Assembly (NCBI GenBank): GCA_043228905.1 | Contig: JBHGNT010000008.1 | Location: 20,398,001 to 20,462,000, forward strand | DNA: 64,000 nucleotides | From: Azolla caroliniana | Lineage: Eukaryota; Plantae; Polypodiophyta | Reading direction: 5' to 3' | Shown: positions 48,793-63,663 of the stretch, piece after piece | Layout: the number at the start of each line of letters is the position of its first letter | Position numbering within the stretch: the first letter of the stretch is position 1 | Notes under the pieces: generated by a model | Told to the model about the DNA's origin: nothing | What the model saw: the letters and a program-made list of their open reading frames with translations, nothing else | The model's database searches: none | Translations under genes and position numbers: made by a program

Positions 48793-51700
48793 TGCTGCAA
48801 AGTGAAGAAATAGAGCTCAAGGTCATTACCTCCGAGCCTCTGATTTGTATCTTTCTCATATTGGGATAGTTTGGAGTCTATGGGCTCCCGTGGTTTTTCC
48901 CTATTACGGTTTTCCACGTAAACATCCTATGTATTTCCTTGTGTACCCTCCATTTCCCATTTTTGTGTTTCATTCTCTCTTGAAGTGATTCAAGACTCGG
49001 TTGTGGCCGAGCAATATTCCGCGCAATTCACAACACTGGTATCAGTGTGAACAAGAGAATGGAAGAGTCATTCGGAAGCATGTTCAAGCTCAACGACTCC
49101 AACTACCTAGTGTGGAAGTTGAAGATGAGGGACATGCTCGTGGTCAAAGATCTCTAGCTGTTGGTACACTTCGAGGACAAGAAACTGAATAAGATCAATG
49201 TCGCGACATGGGAGGTGATGCACATGAAGATGACAACATACATACAGTGCTTCATCGACATCAGCTTGTACAACAACTTCAATGAAGTAAGAAAGGCTCA
49301 TGTGCTCTGAGAAAAAATCAGCACCATGCTGGAGAGTAAAAACCCCGTAAATTGGGTTTCGGTATTCCAGAAGTTACTAAGACTCCGGTACTAGGACAGA
49401 TCCAGGATGGTAGAGCACATGAATGGATTTTAGGGGCTCATAAATCAAACAACTTCACTTGAAGTACCTTTGGCCGACGAGGTACTTGTATTGCTCCTGC
49501 TCGGTTCCCTCCTAGATATTTGGGAGACGCTAGTTGTCACTTTGGGCAACGCCGGGCTAGAAGGAAAGCAGTTGTCCCTAGAAGGGTAAAATCAAGCTTG
49601 CGAGATGAAGAAGCTCGCTGGAAGGACTGGGAGTCAGGAACCGATCCGAAGGCCTTGGTCACAGAAGATGACCATTATCGGGGAAGAGGCCGGTATCAGA
49701 GTCCCCAAAATCGGGACAAATCGGGGATGAGGTCGACATCCAGGGGGAGGCCTACTTGCTTCTACTTTGGGAAGCCGAGGCACTTTCAAAAAAACTATCG
49801 GTATTTTTGGAAAGAGAAAGGAACCGACAGTGCCGATTAGAAGAAGGGTTCGGACCGGAAAGGCTCGGATCAGAAGGGAACATCGGCAATCTCGACAAGT
49901 GAAGAAGAAGTGATGCTCATTACCGAGGAGAATGAGTTAAACCTTGTCAGCGACGAGACAACGTGCGTTGTTAATTCCGGAGCGTCGTTCCACCTGACAC
50001 CGGACCAGAGATGCTCTCATCCTACACAGCCGGAGATCACGGTTGTGTCCGTATGGGGAATGAAGGGATCCGCCGAATCATCAGCATAGGAGATGTGTTG
50101 TTCACAACATCAACCGGAGGCAAATTGCTGCTGAAAGAAGTTTGACACATTCCGGAGGTTCAGTTGAACCTGATATCAGCTAGTCGGCTAGATGATGAAG
50201 GCTACATGGGTAGCATCCGGAACGGAGTCATGAAATTCAGCAAAGGAAGCTTGATCCTAGCTCGAGCCTGAAAGATGAACACGTTGTATTTGATGCATGC
50301 CCAGATATGCTGGGAAGAAGTGAACGTAGCATCCAACACTACCGGTGAGCTATGGCACAAGAGACTGTGTCACATGAGCCAGAAAGGGGTGAGAAGGCTT
50401 GCCGAAGACAACCTCATTCCGGAAGTGAAAGACGTGCATCTTGAGAAGTGCCCCTATTGCTTGCCCGTCAAGCAAAACCGAACCTCCTTCCGGTCAAGAC
50501 CACCGATGAGACTGAATGCACCACTGGAGCTGGTGCATACCGATGTGTGTCAAATGGACACGAAGTCACATGCCGGATTGTAGTACTTTGTGATGTTCAT
50601 AGACAACCACAGCCGGAAGTTATGGGTCTCACCGCTGAAAACAAAGGATCAAGTGTTATCCGTCTTCAAGGAGCTCCACGCGAGAGTGGAAAGTGAAACT
50701 GGTCAAAAGCTGAAGGCGGTTCGAGCAGATAACGGAGGAGAATACCAGGGGCAATTTGAGGAGTATTGCCGGTCGAAATGAATCTGACTTGAATTTACTG
50801 TGCCGAAGACGCCGGAATTGAACATGCTGGCTGAATGGATGAACCAAACCATAATGGAGAGAGTCTGAAGCATGCTAGCACATGCCAAGTTATCGAAGCC
50901 ATTTTGGGCTGAGTTGCTGATGACGATGACCTATGTGATAAACAGATCACACTCAGCACCGTTCAAAGGAGACTCACCGCAAAAAGTATGGACCGGTAAA
51001 GATGTAACTTACCAGCATTTGAAGGTGTTCGGGTGTCTTGCGTATGTCCATGTTGCAAAGGACAAGAGAGCAAAGCTAGATCCGAAGTCCAGGCCATGCA
51101 TATTCCTTGGATACGGCGATGATGAGTTCGGTTACTGGGTGTGGGATTTGGTCGACATGAAGGTGTTCTGGAGTCGGGATATAGTCTTCATGGAAGACAT
51201 GACCATTGTCGACTCGAAGACAAAGAAGAAGTTAATGAACTCCGAACCATCCAAATTATGAAAACCGGTTTGAAAACACAAGGACTTACCCGGTTGAAAA
51301 CCGGATGTTAACGGGAAGCCGGATGACACTTGATGAACCGGCCAGATTCGGACAAGAAACCAAACCAACCGAAGAAGAAGAAGAAGAAGGAGACACCGGA
51401 ACCAGACAGAACCCCGAATCAGACTCGGATAAAGAACAAATGGAAGAACCGGTAGTTGAAGAGCAACGGTGGAGATACCCTCTCAGAGAGAGAAGAGCTC
51501 CCCGTAGGTTTCCGGATGCAGAGCATGTATTGTTGACCGATGAGGGGGAGCCAGAAAGCTTCGAAGGAGCAAAGAAAGACACCCACAACCGCAAGTGGTT
51601 AAGTGCCATGCAGGACGAAATGGATTCCCTGCATGAGAACCACACATACGAACTAGTGGAGTTGCCGAAAGGAAAGAGAGCACTCCGGAATAAGTGGGTG

Positions 51701-52927
51701 GATAAGCTGAAACTGGGAGTCGCCGAAAATCCACCGAGGTACAAGGCCTGGATCATGGTGAAGGGTTTCCAGTAGAAGAACGGTGTGGATTTCGATGAGA
51801 TCTTTGCCCCGGTAGTAAAGATGACATCCATCCTGACGGTATTGAGCATAGCGGCATGCATGGACCTCGAGGTAGAGCAACTGGACGTCAAGATAACATT
51901 CCTACATGGCGACCTCGAAGAAGAGATCTACATGCATCAACCGGAAGGACTTGAGAGGAAAGGGAAAGAGCACCTGGTAAGCCGGCTATACAGATTGAAG
52001 CAAACCCCCCGACAATGGTACCGGAAGTTTGACTCCTTCATGACCGACCAAGGGTACCACAAGACGCAAACAGACCAGTGCGTGTTTGTGAAGAAATTTG
52101 ATGGAGGCCACTTCCTGATACTCTTGCTTTCTGTGGATGACATGTGGATCATCGGACTGGACCAAACCAAAATCGGGGTGCTGAAGAAGGCCTTGAACCA
52201 GACCTTTTCCAAGAAAGATTTGGGTCTGGCAAGAAAAATCTTAGGGATGCAAATCATCCAGGACCGGAAGAAGAAGCTATTGTGGTTGTCAAAAGAATAG
52301 TATGTGACAGGTGTTTCAGCGGTTCAACATGTCGTACGCAAAATCGGTCGGATTGACAGTTCCGACAAACTACAAGCTATTCGGAAAGCAAAGCCTGAAG
52401 ACAAAGGGAGAGAAGACGGATATGATGAAGATACCATATGCCTCCACCATCGGGACCTTGATCTACACAATGGTGTGTACCCGGCCGGACATCGGATATG
52501 CAGTCGGAGTGGTGAGTCGTTTCATCAGCAATACGGGAAGAGAGCATTGGAAGGCGGTCAAGTGGATACTCCGGTATCTAAAAGGCACCTCGAATATGTG
52601 CCTCCTGTTTGGCTCAGGTAAACCCCAACTTGACGAATTCATGGATTCGGATATGTCAGCTGATGCGGATACCTGTCGGTCTACATCCGGATATGTCATG
52701 ACTTATGCAGAGGGAGCCATATTATGTCAGTGGAGGCTCCAGAAGTCCGTTGCATTGTCGACAATAGAAGCGGAGTACATGGTAGCTGTAGAAGCCGACA
52801 AGGAGATAATCTGGATGAGGAACTTCATTAGAGAGCTAGGATCCGACAAGAGGAATACCGGCTCTACTTCGAGAGTCAAAGTGTCAACCACCTTGCGAAG
52901 AATGCGGCCTACCATTCTCGAACCAAG
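48793..52927 (+). mobile_element. Copia family A element, heavily mutated
   Basis: LTR end CAACA at 49035, PBS TGGTATCAG at 49037, gag ATG at 49059 (MEESFG), integrase, RT and RNase H fragments with many TAG/TGA stops; cut at 52928. Confidence 0.92.
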
Positions 52928-55900
52928 TGATAGGAATACACGCTCCCTAAGCACAACGCTCGGCCAAAACCAAGCCTAAGATCAAAACACAAAAAACGGG
53001 TAATGAAAGCACAACACAGTGAAGAGAAGAGTACACAGAATGTTAACGTGGAAAACCCAAACTAGGGAAAAACCACGACAACCCACACACTGCAAACTAT
53101 CACTATATCACAATGTACAATGGTAAAGCACCGAGGCAACGACCTCGAGCTTGTTATCTTCGCCACAGGCGGCGGTTACAACAGAGGCAATGACCTCTTC
53201 CTTTCTCTCTCTCTCTCTCTGTACACAATTACGCGCTCAAATCTTGCACCAACAAGAATGACGACAACAACTCTATACTAAGTTTGCCCTAAGTCATATT
53301 TATACTAATATGACTTTTCGGCTAATTACAAATATAGCCCCGATGGACTCTCAGAAACATATTTACGAATATGTCCCTTCATCCGGTGAGCACTCGTCAC
53401 CGAGCCTGCATCATCCGGCGCTTGCCGGGCAAACGTCATCCGGTTCTCACCAGGTCTTCCGTTGGCGGGTACTCCACATCCGGTTCTCACTGGTTCTTCA
53501 CCATCCGGCTCTTGCCGGGTACTCATCATCCGGTTCTCACTGGGTCTTCCGTAGCCGGGAACTCAACATCTGGTTCTCACTGGATCTTTTGCAGCCTCGA
53601 CTGCCACGAAACAACTCCCCCTACATATGTCATTACATACCCAGATGTAGACCGGCTGGTATCCACATCAGCCGACATGTCTGAATCGGTAAAACCGTCA
53701 AGTTGAGGTTTTCCGGAGCCAAATCGGAGACACATATTTGAAGTGCCCTTCAAGTACTGGAGTATCCATTTGACCGCGTTCCAGTGCTCCTTGCCAGGAT
53801 TTCTCATAAACCGGCTCACCACTCTGACTGCGTATCCTATATCCGGTCGGGTACACACCATTGCGTACATTAAGCTCCCGATGGCAGAGGCATATGGAAC
53901 CTTCATCATATCAGCCTTCTCTACTTTCGTCTTCGGGCTTTCCTTACCGGATAATCTACAATTTGCCAGGAGTGTCGATCTGACCGGTTTCGCTTCTAAC
54001 ATGTTGAACCGCTAAAGCACCTTTGTCACGTACTTCTCTTGTGACAGCCACAATTGCTTCGTTGGCCGGTTTTGGATGATATGCATCCCTAGCATCTGTC
54101 TTGCCGGACCGAAGTTTTTCAGTGTCGATCTGACCGGTTTCGCTTCTAACATGTTGAACCGCTAAAGCACCTTTGTCACGTACTTCTCCTGTGACAGCCA
54201 CAATTGCTTCGTTGGCCGGTTTTGGATGATATGCATCCCTAGCATCTGTCTTGCCGGACCGAAGTCTTTCATTGCGAAAGTTCGGTTGAGAGCCTTCTTC
54301 AACATCTGTATTCTAGCTTAGTCCCGTCCGACGATCAACATGTCATCTACGTACAGAAGTAGTATCAGGAAGTCGCCTCCTTCGAACTTCATCACAAACA
54401 CGCAGTGATCGGCCTACGTCTTGTGGTACCCTTGATCGGTCATGAAGGAGTCAAACTTCCAGTACCATTGTCGGGGAGCCTCCTTTCGGCAACTCCACCA
54501 ATTCGTATGTATGGTTCTCATGCAGAGAATCCATCTCATCCTGCATGGCACTTAACCATTTGCGGCTGTGGGTATCATCCTTCGCTTCTTCGAAGCTTTC
54601 CGGCTCTCCCTCATCGGTCAACAGCACATGCTCTGCATCCGGAAATCTCTGGGGGCCCTTCTCTCTCTGAGAGGATATCTCCGTCTTTGACCTTCTGCAA
54701 CCGGTTCCACTATCTGTTCTTCATCTGAATCCGATTCGGGATCTTGGCCGTTTCTGATTTCAGCTTCCTCTACTTCTTCTTCTGCCGGTTCGGTATTCTC
54801 ACCGTAACCGGCTGGTTCCTCGAGTGTCAACCGGCTCTTAATTAGGTGTGTCTGAATCTCATCGGAGTTCATTATCTTCTCCAACTCCCAGTCAGCAAGG
54901 GTCTTGTCCTCCATGAAGATAATATCTCGACTTTGGAAAGCCTTCTTGTCAACCGGATCCCACACTCGGTAGCCGAACTCATCGTCGTCGTATCCGAGGA
55001 ATGTGCATGGCCGGGTCTTTGGATCCAACTTTCCTCTCCGGTCCTTAGCAACATGCACGTACACGAGACACCCGAACACCTTCAAATGCCAATAGGACAC
55101 TTCCTTACCGGTCCACACCTTCTGCGGTGTGTTTCCATCCAAGGGCACTGAGGGTGATCTGTTTATCACATACGTCATAGTCGACAGCACCTCAGCCCAA
55201 AACGTCTTGGGTAATTTTGCATGTGCCAGCATACTCCGGACCCTCTCCATTATGGTCCGGTTCATCCTTTCGGCCAGCCTATTTAGTTCCAGCGTCTTCG
55301 GCACGGTAAATTTGAGCCGGATTCCCTTCGAGCGACAGTACTCCTCAAACTTCCCCTGGTATTCACCTCCGTTATCTGCTCAAACCGCCTTCAGCTTCCG
55401 GCCGGTTTCTCTTTCCACTCTCGCGTGGAGCTCTTTGAAGACGGATAACACCTGATCCTTCATCTTCAACGGTGTGGCCCACAACTTCCGGTTGTGGTCA
55501 TCTATGAACGTAACGAAGTACTACGATCCGGCATGTGAGTTCGTGTCCACTTGACATACATTAGTCGGAACTCGTATCCTTATCTTTCTTATGCGCCTCC
55601 TCATCTAGCAATCTCGACTTCACTCTTGCTAGGGATCACCGTTTCCCTTCCGGCCCAGCCTTGCCCAAAGTGACAACCAACGTCTCCTAGCTATTTGGGA
55701 GGGAACCGAGCAGGAGTAGCGCTAGTACCTCATCGGCAAGAGGTACTTCCAATGATGTTGCCTGGTGGATCAGCCCCTGGAAGGCATTCATGTGCTCCGC
55801 CATGCTGGAGCCATCTTGGTACCAGAGTCTTACTAGCTTCTGAAATACCGAAACCTGATTAACAGCATTCTTGTTTTGAAACATAATGTCGATCTTCTCC

Positions 55901-56508
55901 CAGAGCTCATGAGCCTTGCTCTCTTTATTGAAGTTGTTGTATAGTCTCATGTCGATGAAGCACCGTATGTAGGCCGTTGTCTTCATGTGCATCACCTCCC
56001 ATATCGTGGCGTCGATATTGTCCGGTCTCTTGTCCCCGAACTGAACCGGCAACCAAAGATCTTTAACCACGAGCATTTCCCTCATCTTCGACTTCCACAC
56101 GAAATAGTTGGAGCCGATGAGCTTGAACATGCCTCCCAACGATTCATCCATTTTCTGTGTCATTTCGCTCTGATGCCACTTTGATAGGAATACACGCTCC
56201 CTAAGCACAACGCTCGGCCACAATCGAGCCTAGGATCAAAACACAGAAAATGGGTAATGAAAGCACGACACAGTGAAGAGAAGAGTACACAGGATGTTAA
56301 CGTGGAAAACCCAAACTAGGGAAAAACCACGGTAGCCCACACACTGCAAACTATCACTATATCACAATGTACAATGGTAAAGCACCGAGGCAACGACCTC
56401 GAGCTTGTTATCTTCGCCACAGGTGGCAGTTACAACAGAGGCAACGACCTCTTCCTCTCTCTCTCTCTCTCTATACATAGTTACGCGCTCAAATCTTGCA
56501 CCAACAAG
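52928..56508 (-). mobile_element. Internally deleted copia family A element inserted into the RNase H of the previous copy
   Basis: LTRs starting TGATAGGAATACACG at 52928 and 56182, PBS TGGCATCAGAGC 56178-56167; deletions at ~55562, ~54480 and ~53585; right LTR cut by the gypsy at 56509. Confidence 0.9.
53971..54270. repeat. 150-bp tandem duplication within RT
   Basis: AGTGTCGATCTGACCGG starts at both 53971 and 54121. Confidence 0.9.
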
Positions 56509-59500
56509 TGTTACCGACCGGCAAAGGAGTCCAGAGTGTGAAATGGGGAGTTATTTAATTAGTAGGAATGGTTGTAAGTAAGCTATGAGTGTGGACGGAC
56601 GGACCGGAATCGGTATGCCGTTCCGGATCCGAACCAATCCCGAACATGTGCGGATGGCACCGTTTTGTAATACAGACCGGAAACCTATTTAAAGGCCCGG
56701 ATACAATGTAATGAATAGCGGTTAATTAATAAAGCTTAGTGTTGCTATCTCTCTGTGTTAATTGTCGTTCTGCATTCATTGTTATATCCTACGCGTGTGA
56801 TTATTAAAGACGATCATGCTACGTAACCTAATTAAGTCGGATTAAGCGTTGAGTCTAATCCTGTTGCCGTAACACCCCTTTGGTGAAGTGTCTTCCGTAG
56901 ACACCCTGTGTTAGGCCATTATCCGGCCCTAAGAGTTAACACAGTTTTTGGCGACCACGATTCCTGTTTTTGCAGCGAACGACGGCACGGATGGATGTCT
57001 AGATCAACGCACGACATGGTTACAGATCGAACTCGATGCCTTGCCAAAAGGCAAAGGAGACGTGAGGCTTTCCAACAAGCGGCGCAGAAAATTAGAGCGG
57101 ATCGCTCGTTTTCCAATGTAATCCGGAGAGTAGCGGAGGACTCCCTCTGGTTACAGCAAACATCGCACCCGGACAACGGCAGCAGCCTAAGCAGCCTTCG
57201 GGAAACCGAATCCCTTCTCCACGCGTTGGCAAACGGAGAAGGCGAAGCAGAAGCCTTTTCAGCATATGAATCGGACTCCGAAGGGGAATACAGCGTGCAC
57301 ACGAACTACCGTAGCAGCAACGAAACCCTAGGCGGACCGGAGGACGAAGGATCGGATACCTTACCGACACCGGAACCGGAAGTGCGAACGCTGGAACCCC
57401 CGGAACCAGCAGAGGAAGAGCGACCTCTGACACCGGAAGTCGAAGAGGAGAGGCCTCCGTCACCAAAAGAAGAGGAAAAACCACCGACGTCGGAAACAAA
57501 TCGGGAAAGACCACCGACGCCGGAGAAAATCCCGGAACAAGCACCAACACTGCCAGCCCGCGCACCAATACCGGATGACGACATGCCGTTCCAGTACTCC
57601 AAGTATAGAGATGATCCGGACGCGGAAGCTCATGTGCACACCTTTGAACAGACATGGGAAGCCAACCATATGTCCCAGCGATTGACCCCGGATGAAGAGG
57701 AACGCTCTAGGATAGTGGAATTTGGCGTCACATTGGAGGGACCGGCAGCAAGATGGCGCCGGACGCAGGACCCGTCTACCATCAACACCTTTGCAGATTT
57801 AAAAGCTAAATTCTTGCATTTTTTCCAAAAGGAGGTGGACCAGACCGTAATGGTAGGCTTATTTTATACCATCCGATAGGAAGCAGAGGAGAGCATTCCC
57901 TATTTTGTCATCCGGTTTCAACGGATGCATAGTCAGCTTGCCCGTGCACCCCCGGAGGAGGAATTACGGACTATATTCCTAAACGCGCTCCAGGAACCCC
58001 TACGCACGGTTTGCACGGTAATTGACTTCCGCACAAGTACCATCGACCAGGTCATTGACCGGGTGAGAGAGATGGAAAAGACAAGCTCTTGGCTCACACT
58101 GGGAGCACTCCAACGGGCGTTACCGTCGAATGAAGACCTCCGGTTTCGGCAAGCAATACAGTGCACAACCTGCTTGAATTCCGGACACTCGGCTCTAGAA
58201 TGCACTATGAGGACGCAATGTGTAATCTGTCAATCCAAGGGCCATATGACGGATAGGTGCGAGTATAATCTATTGAACCGGCAAGCACCGCCCGTCCAAC
58301 AAATTGAGCCACGCATCAGCCAGGATGAAGAAGAGGAACGCTGGCGGCGAATGGACCGCGACCGACCGGCACAGGATGTCCGGTATGGCAATCGACGGGA
58401 GAATGATGTCCGGTACGGTGATTGGCGGGATAACTATGACCGGCATGATCGGTACCGGGATTACAATAGAAGATACGAACATTACGACCGGGTATCGTCA
58501 GCAACGGGAGGAATACGGAAGATATAATGGGCAACCCCGTCAAGAGTACCGCAATAAGAGGAGCTATAACAAAAAACGGCATTTCAAAAAAGGCGGCTAC
58601 CCACGGGAGCCGGAACAAGGAGCTTCAAGCAGCCAACCGGCCCAAAACCCCGCGCGTACCACAGGACCTGCCTCGGGTACAACAGACAATGCCGAATCCA
58701 GCAATACCTGGAAAGCCTACTGCTACTACTGCCGACAGGAAGGCCATTATAGTAATCAATGCCTGGTGAAGAGCTATGAAAAACGACCGGCGGTAAATAT
58801 GGTAGTCCCTGAGGTGGCAGATTTACAGCAGGTGACCACAAGGTCGAAGGGCATGGCCAAGGAATGGGAGACGCAGGAGACCATCTGGAAACAAGTGACG
58901 GAATGGGTGAAGAAAGCAAACGAGTAGAATGTCACAGACTTACAGCGGCAAAAGGAGAACACCGTAGGGCTTGCTGGCGGCAGTCACTCCGAGAACGAGA
59001 CATGGCAGGCGTTGCAAGAATGCCAGATTACGCTGCCACTAGGAAGACTCCTACAACTCGTGCCAAGATTCACGGAAGGACTTAAGACGGCCATGATGGC
59101 AGGAGAATCATCACCGGCACCGGTACTCTTCTCGAATCCGGAGGAGGGACTAACGGTGGTGGACACCAACAGTCCAGTAATCACTGCCATTGTAAAAGTG
59201 AAAGAACTCTCCGGCACAGTTATAGACGGAGTCTCTGGGTGAATGTAATAAGCTTCCGGACGTGTGATGCCCTAGGAATCCACGAGTGGGAGCCGTGTCC
59301 GTTCTGGTTGTGGATGGCCGATACAAGCTCAGTGCGGCCGACAGGATTAATACGGAAATTAGAAGTCACCGTCGGCGGTCATACATTTCACATCTCGGCA
59401 GTAGTGCTCCAATTACAGGCACAAGGCGCATACCCGCTATTGCTGGGGTGGCCGTGGTTTAAAACGGCACATATCAAATAGAATTGGAGGAAAAATATAA

Positions 59501-61751
59501 TTACCTTCCGGCGAGGAAAAGCCAAGGTACAAGTACCAACACAACCAAGGACGAGCACTGGCAAGGAATGTACAACGTTGTATGCGGAATGCGTCAACAT
59601 GCTAGAAGGGTTAGCTGACGAAGAAGAAGCTGAGTACTTGCAGGAAAACCCGAAGATCATACCCCTCTTCGAAATTGACATTGCCGAAGGAGTAGCACCA
59701 TACTTACCGCAACCGGAAGAGGCTGAAGCAGAACCGGATAAAGATGCAATCCGGGAGTTACGGCAAGCGCAGGAAGCGTTGGAACGGGAAATGGCTGTTT
59801 CACAGCGCGTAAAAGCGTCGCAACTGGAAGAGGTGAACCTAGGGACCACGGACGAAGCAAAACCGGTGCACATCGCCAAGGAGATGAAGTCCGAAGACAA
59901 AATGGCGATGATCACAATTCTCACGGAATTTCGCAATGTGTTCACCTGGTCATACCAAGACATGCGAGGACTCGACCCTCAGTTATACCAGCATCAGGTT
60001 CACTTGAGCAAGGACGCAAAACCAGTGGCACAAAGACGGTACCGGATGAATCCCAATTATGACGCCAATGTTAAGGAGGAAATCGACAAATTGCTAAGAG
60101 TTGGCTTTATCCGTCCGGTAAAGAAAGCGACATGGTTGAGCCCGATCGTAGTCGTACCTAAGAAGAACGGAAAAAATCGAGTTTCTGTGGACTACCGGAA
60201 ACTCAATGCAGCTACGGTAACGGATGCGTTTCCACTTCCGTTCACAGATGGAGTGTTGGATGTCGTCGCCGGCCATGAGGTCTATAGCTTCCTAGACGGA
60301 TTCAGCGGGTATAATCAGATCCGGATGCACCCTGACGACCAAGAGAAAATGGCTTTCGTCACCGAATGGGGGGTGTTTGTGGCCGTAGTGATGATGTTTG
60401 AACTCAAAACGGCACCGGCAATATTTCAACGAATCATCATGGAAATCTTTGGTGAATATATTCCAGATTTTATGCAGGTTTTCCTTGACGATTTCGCCGT
60501 CTATAGCCGGGAGGAGGACCATTTTCAGCACCTCCGTCTTTGTCTAGAAAAGTGTAGAGCGTACCGGCTAAGCTTGAATCCGGCAAAGTGTGTATTTGGC
60601 GCGTCCAGTGGAACTCTATTAGGACATATTGTGAGCCAGGAAGGTATTGCAGTCGACCCAGACAAAGTGAAAGCCATATTAGAAGCACCGCTGCCGGCAA
60701 TGGCAAAGGCATTAAGCCGGTTCTTAGGCCAGATCCGGTGGCACAGCCGGATTCTCCGATACTTGGCCGACCTGGCTACGCCGTTGCATGCCGCCATACA
60801 TCGGACACCATTCCAGTGGATGGACACCGAGGATAGGGCGTATAGGGCCCTCAAGGTACTATTGTCGCAAGCACCGGTGGTGCAGCCTCCGGATTGGAGT
60901 AAAGAATTTCATGTGTTCGTGGACGCCTCCGACATCGCAATCAGAAGCGTACTGATGCAGCTTACGGAGCCAAAGTAGTACCGGCCAGTGTACTATGCCA
61001 GCCGAAAGCTATCCCGAGCAGAACGGAACTACTCTACTACGGAACGGGAAGCTCTAGGAATGATCTATAGTGTGACAAAGTTTCGGCATTATTTATTGGG
61101 AAGGAAGTTTTCCTTCCATGTAGATCATTCGGCACTCCTTTACCTGGTGTCCAAAGCGTCACTCACCGGCAAATTGGCTCGGTGGACCTTACTGTTACAG
61201 GAATTTGAGTTTGAAATATTCCACCGACCCGGTATACAACATGTCGTGGCGGATTACTTAAGCCGATTGGAGTCTGGAGAGACGGGTGACGGAGTAGCCG
61301 ATGAGTTTCCGGATGTAGAGCTGTTTCGAGTCACTACGGAAACGGCAGCAGATGAGATGGTGGCACAGGAAGACAAGTGGCTCACAAACATGCACCAGTT
61401 TCTGAGCACAGGACTGCCTCCGGAAGAGATGAACCGGGACGAACGGAAACGCCTGGCGGTGCAAAGCCGACATTTCTGCTTACTGCAAGACACTTTACCA
61501 CAAGGGCGCGGACGACATATGGAGACGGGCTGTGCGCAGCGATGAAAAGAACCTGATACTGAGGGAAGCCCACTACGGAGTTGCTGGGGGTCACTATGCC
61601 GGAGATGCGACGGCCATGAAAATATGTAAAGTGGCCTATGGTGGCCAACGACATTAAGAGATGCGGTACGGTACGCAAAAGAATGTGACCTATGCCAGCG
61701 AATGGGCCAGCCAACGGAGCAGGCTCGTATGCCACACCAGCCGGTGTTACC

Positions 61752-62250
61752 TCATACGAGATGTACAGAGAGTCAAGTGTGATGAGTGAGGGTCGAATGT
61801 TATCATAATGTTGTTGTGTATGTGTAGGGGGCATAAATGTAATTGTGAGTCGATACGTATGTGAACACATGCACACGTGTGTGCATGTGGATGGATACGA
61901 GGAGGTATGAGTGAGTGTCCAGTATGGATGCTCTAGGGGGCTTACACCCCTTTGTATCTACCCCCTCTTGTACTATTTAACCCCCTTATGGGGAATGAAT
62001 GAAAAATGAATCATTTCTCTCTATCTATCTCTCTTTTCATCTCTCTCTCTCTCTCTTCCCTCCCCTTAACGTTGAACCCCCTTGGGAGGGGGGTGGAGCC
62101 ATTCTAGGCACCACCCCCCACCCCGCAATGCTTCTCAATGCACATGATCTCTCTCGCCATCAATCCCATACTCTCCATCATCATCATAACCACCATGTAT
62201 ATCTTTATCATGATTATCATCGTCCTTAACCCTAGCCCTAAAACATACAA
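61752..62250. other. ~500-bp non-coding insertion within the integrase
   Basis: Flanked by CAGCCGGTGTTACC (61738-61751) and CAGCCGGTACTACC (62251-62264); the integrase frame [12 protein letters not shown] resumes after it. Confidence 0.8.
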
Positions 62251-63663
62251 CAGCCGGTACTACCACTCGAGCCATTCCAGAAGTGGGGGCTGGACTTTGT
62301 TGGACCGTTCAAACCACCAGCAATGAGAACGGGTAATCGGTACGTCATCGTCGCGACGGATTACTGCACGAAATGGGTGGAGGCCAAAGCCTTAAGAGAC
62401 AACACCGCTGCGTCAACGACGTAATTTCTATACGAGTACATCTGGTGCCGTTACGGATGCCCAATCGAATTAATAAGCGACCAAGGGGGGCACTTTCTTG
62501 GCCAAGTAGTTGAAAGCCTGACGACATTCTATGTCGTTGTCCATAAACGGAGCACACCTTACTATCCGCAAGCGAACGGTTTAGCGGAATCGACGAACAA
62601 AACACTCCAGAATATCCTCCGGAAGATCGTCAACGAAAACCGAACGTATTGGGATACCAAGCTACATGGCGCGCTTTGGGCATACCGGACGGCATACAAA
62701 ACGAGCATCCGAACAACACCGTTCCGGTTAGCGTTCGGACTAGAGGCGGTAATGCCGGTGGAATTCCAAGTACCCAGCTTACGGATCCAGCTACGGGAAC
62801 GGTTGAATGAGAAGGAGTCGGAGGCAATACGGTTAACAGCGCTGTGTGAACTCGAGGAACAATGACTGGCAAGCATCCTGCACTTAGAATTGGAGCAACG
62901 GCGACGGAAAGCATTTGTCGACCGGCACAGGAAAGGAAACGAAAAAATGTTCGCAATCGGCAAACCGGTGTTAGTATTTCAAACCCGGATGGGCAAGATG
63001 CCGGGTAAACTACGGTTTAGATGGACCGGACCGTATTGGCTAACACGTGAGTATAATGGGTCCTACCAGTTAGGGACACTTGTCGGCGAAGTGCTAGGAA
63101 AATGGGTCAACGGATTCCGATTGAAGCCATATAGAGGACTGATGCCTAAGAACCCATTTGAGCAAAGGACCGACACCGATGAGGGAAACGGCAACCACCA
63201 AGACAGTAGAGACGGCGAGCCGGTAATTGGGGAGAATGAGGCCGGTAAGGGTCCGAGAGGACCAACGGACAAGTAACGTCACACTAATAATAATAATAAT
63301 AATCAAAATAAAAAAATAAAATAAAAATGAAGTAATCATGCAAAAGCGAGGAATGAATGGATGAAAGAGCGAGGAGCGAAAAGGTACGTAGTGGCCATTT
63401 AAAGCGCCACCACAGGACATAATGTTATTTTAGTACACGACGTGCACACACTCGAAAAAGGCGCCAGAATGCATAGAGAAAAACCACTGCGCGTGGAGAC
63501 CCTTTACTTTCGCGAACCCAAGAGCACAGAAGCACCAAGGCGCTGCAAGATCATCACACGGGAACCTACGCACAGAGAACCCCCGCCTTTTGAACTCTCT
63601 CTCTCTCAATCTCACTCTCATCACCATCCAACCTCGCCACCGCAATCCAACCTCGACACAGAC

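Noticed and set aside
62228-62243. Telomere-like AACCCTAGCCCTAAA
   Set aside because: Only about two imperfect units; a common telo-box-like motif in plant repeats
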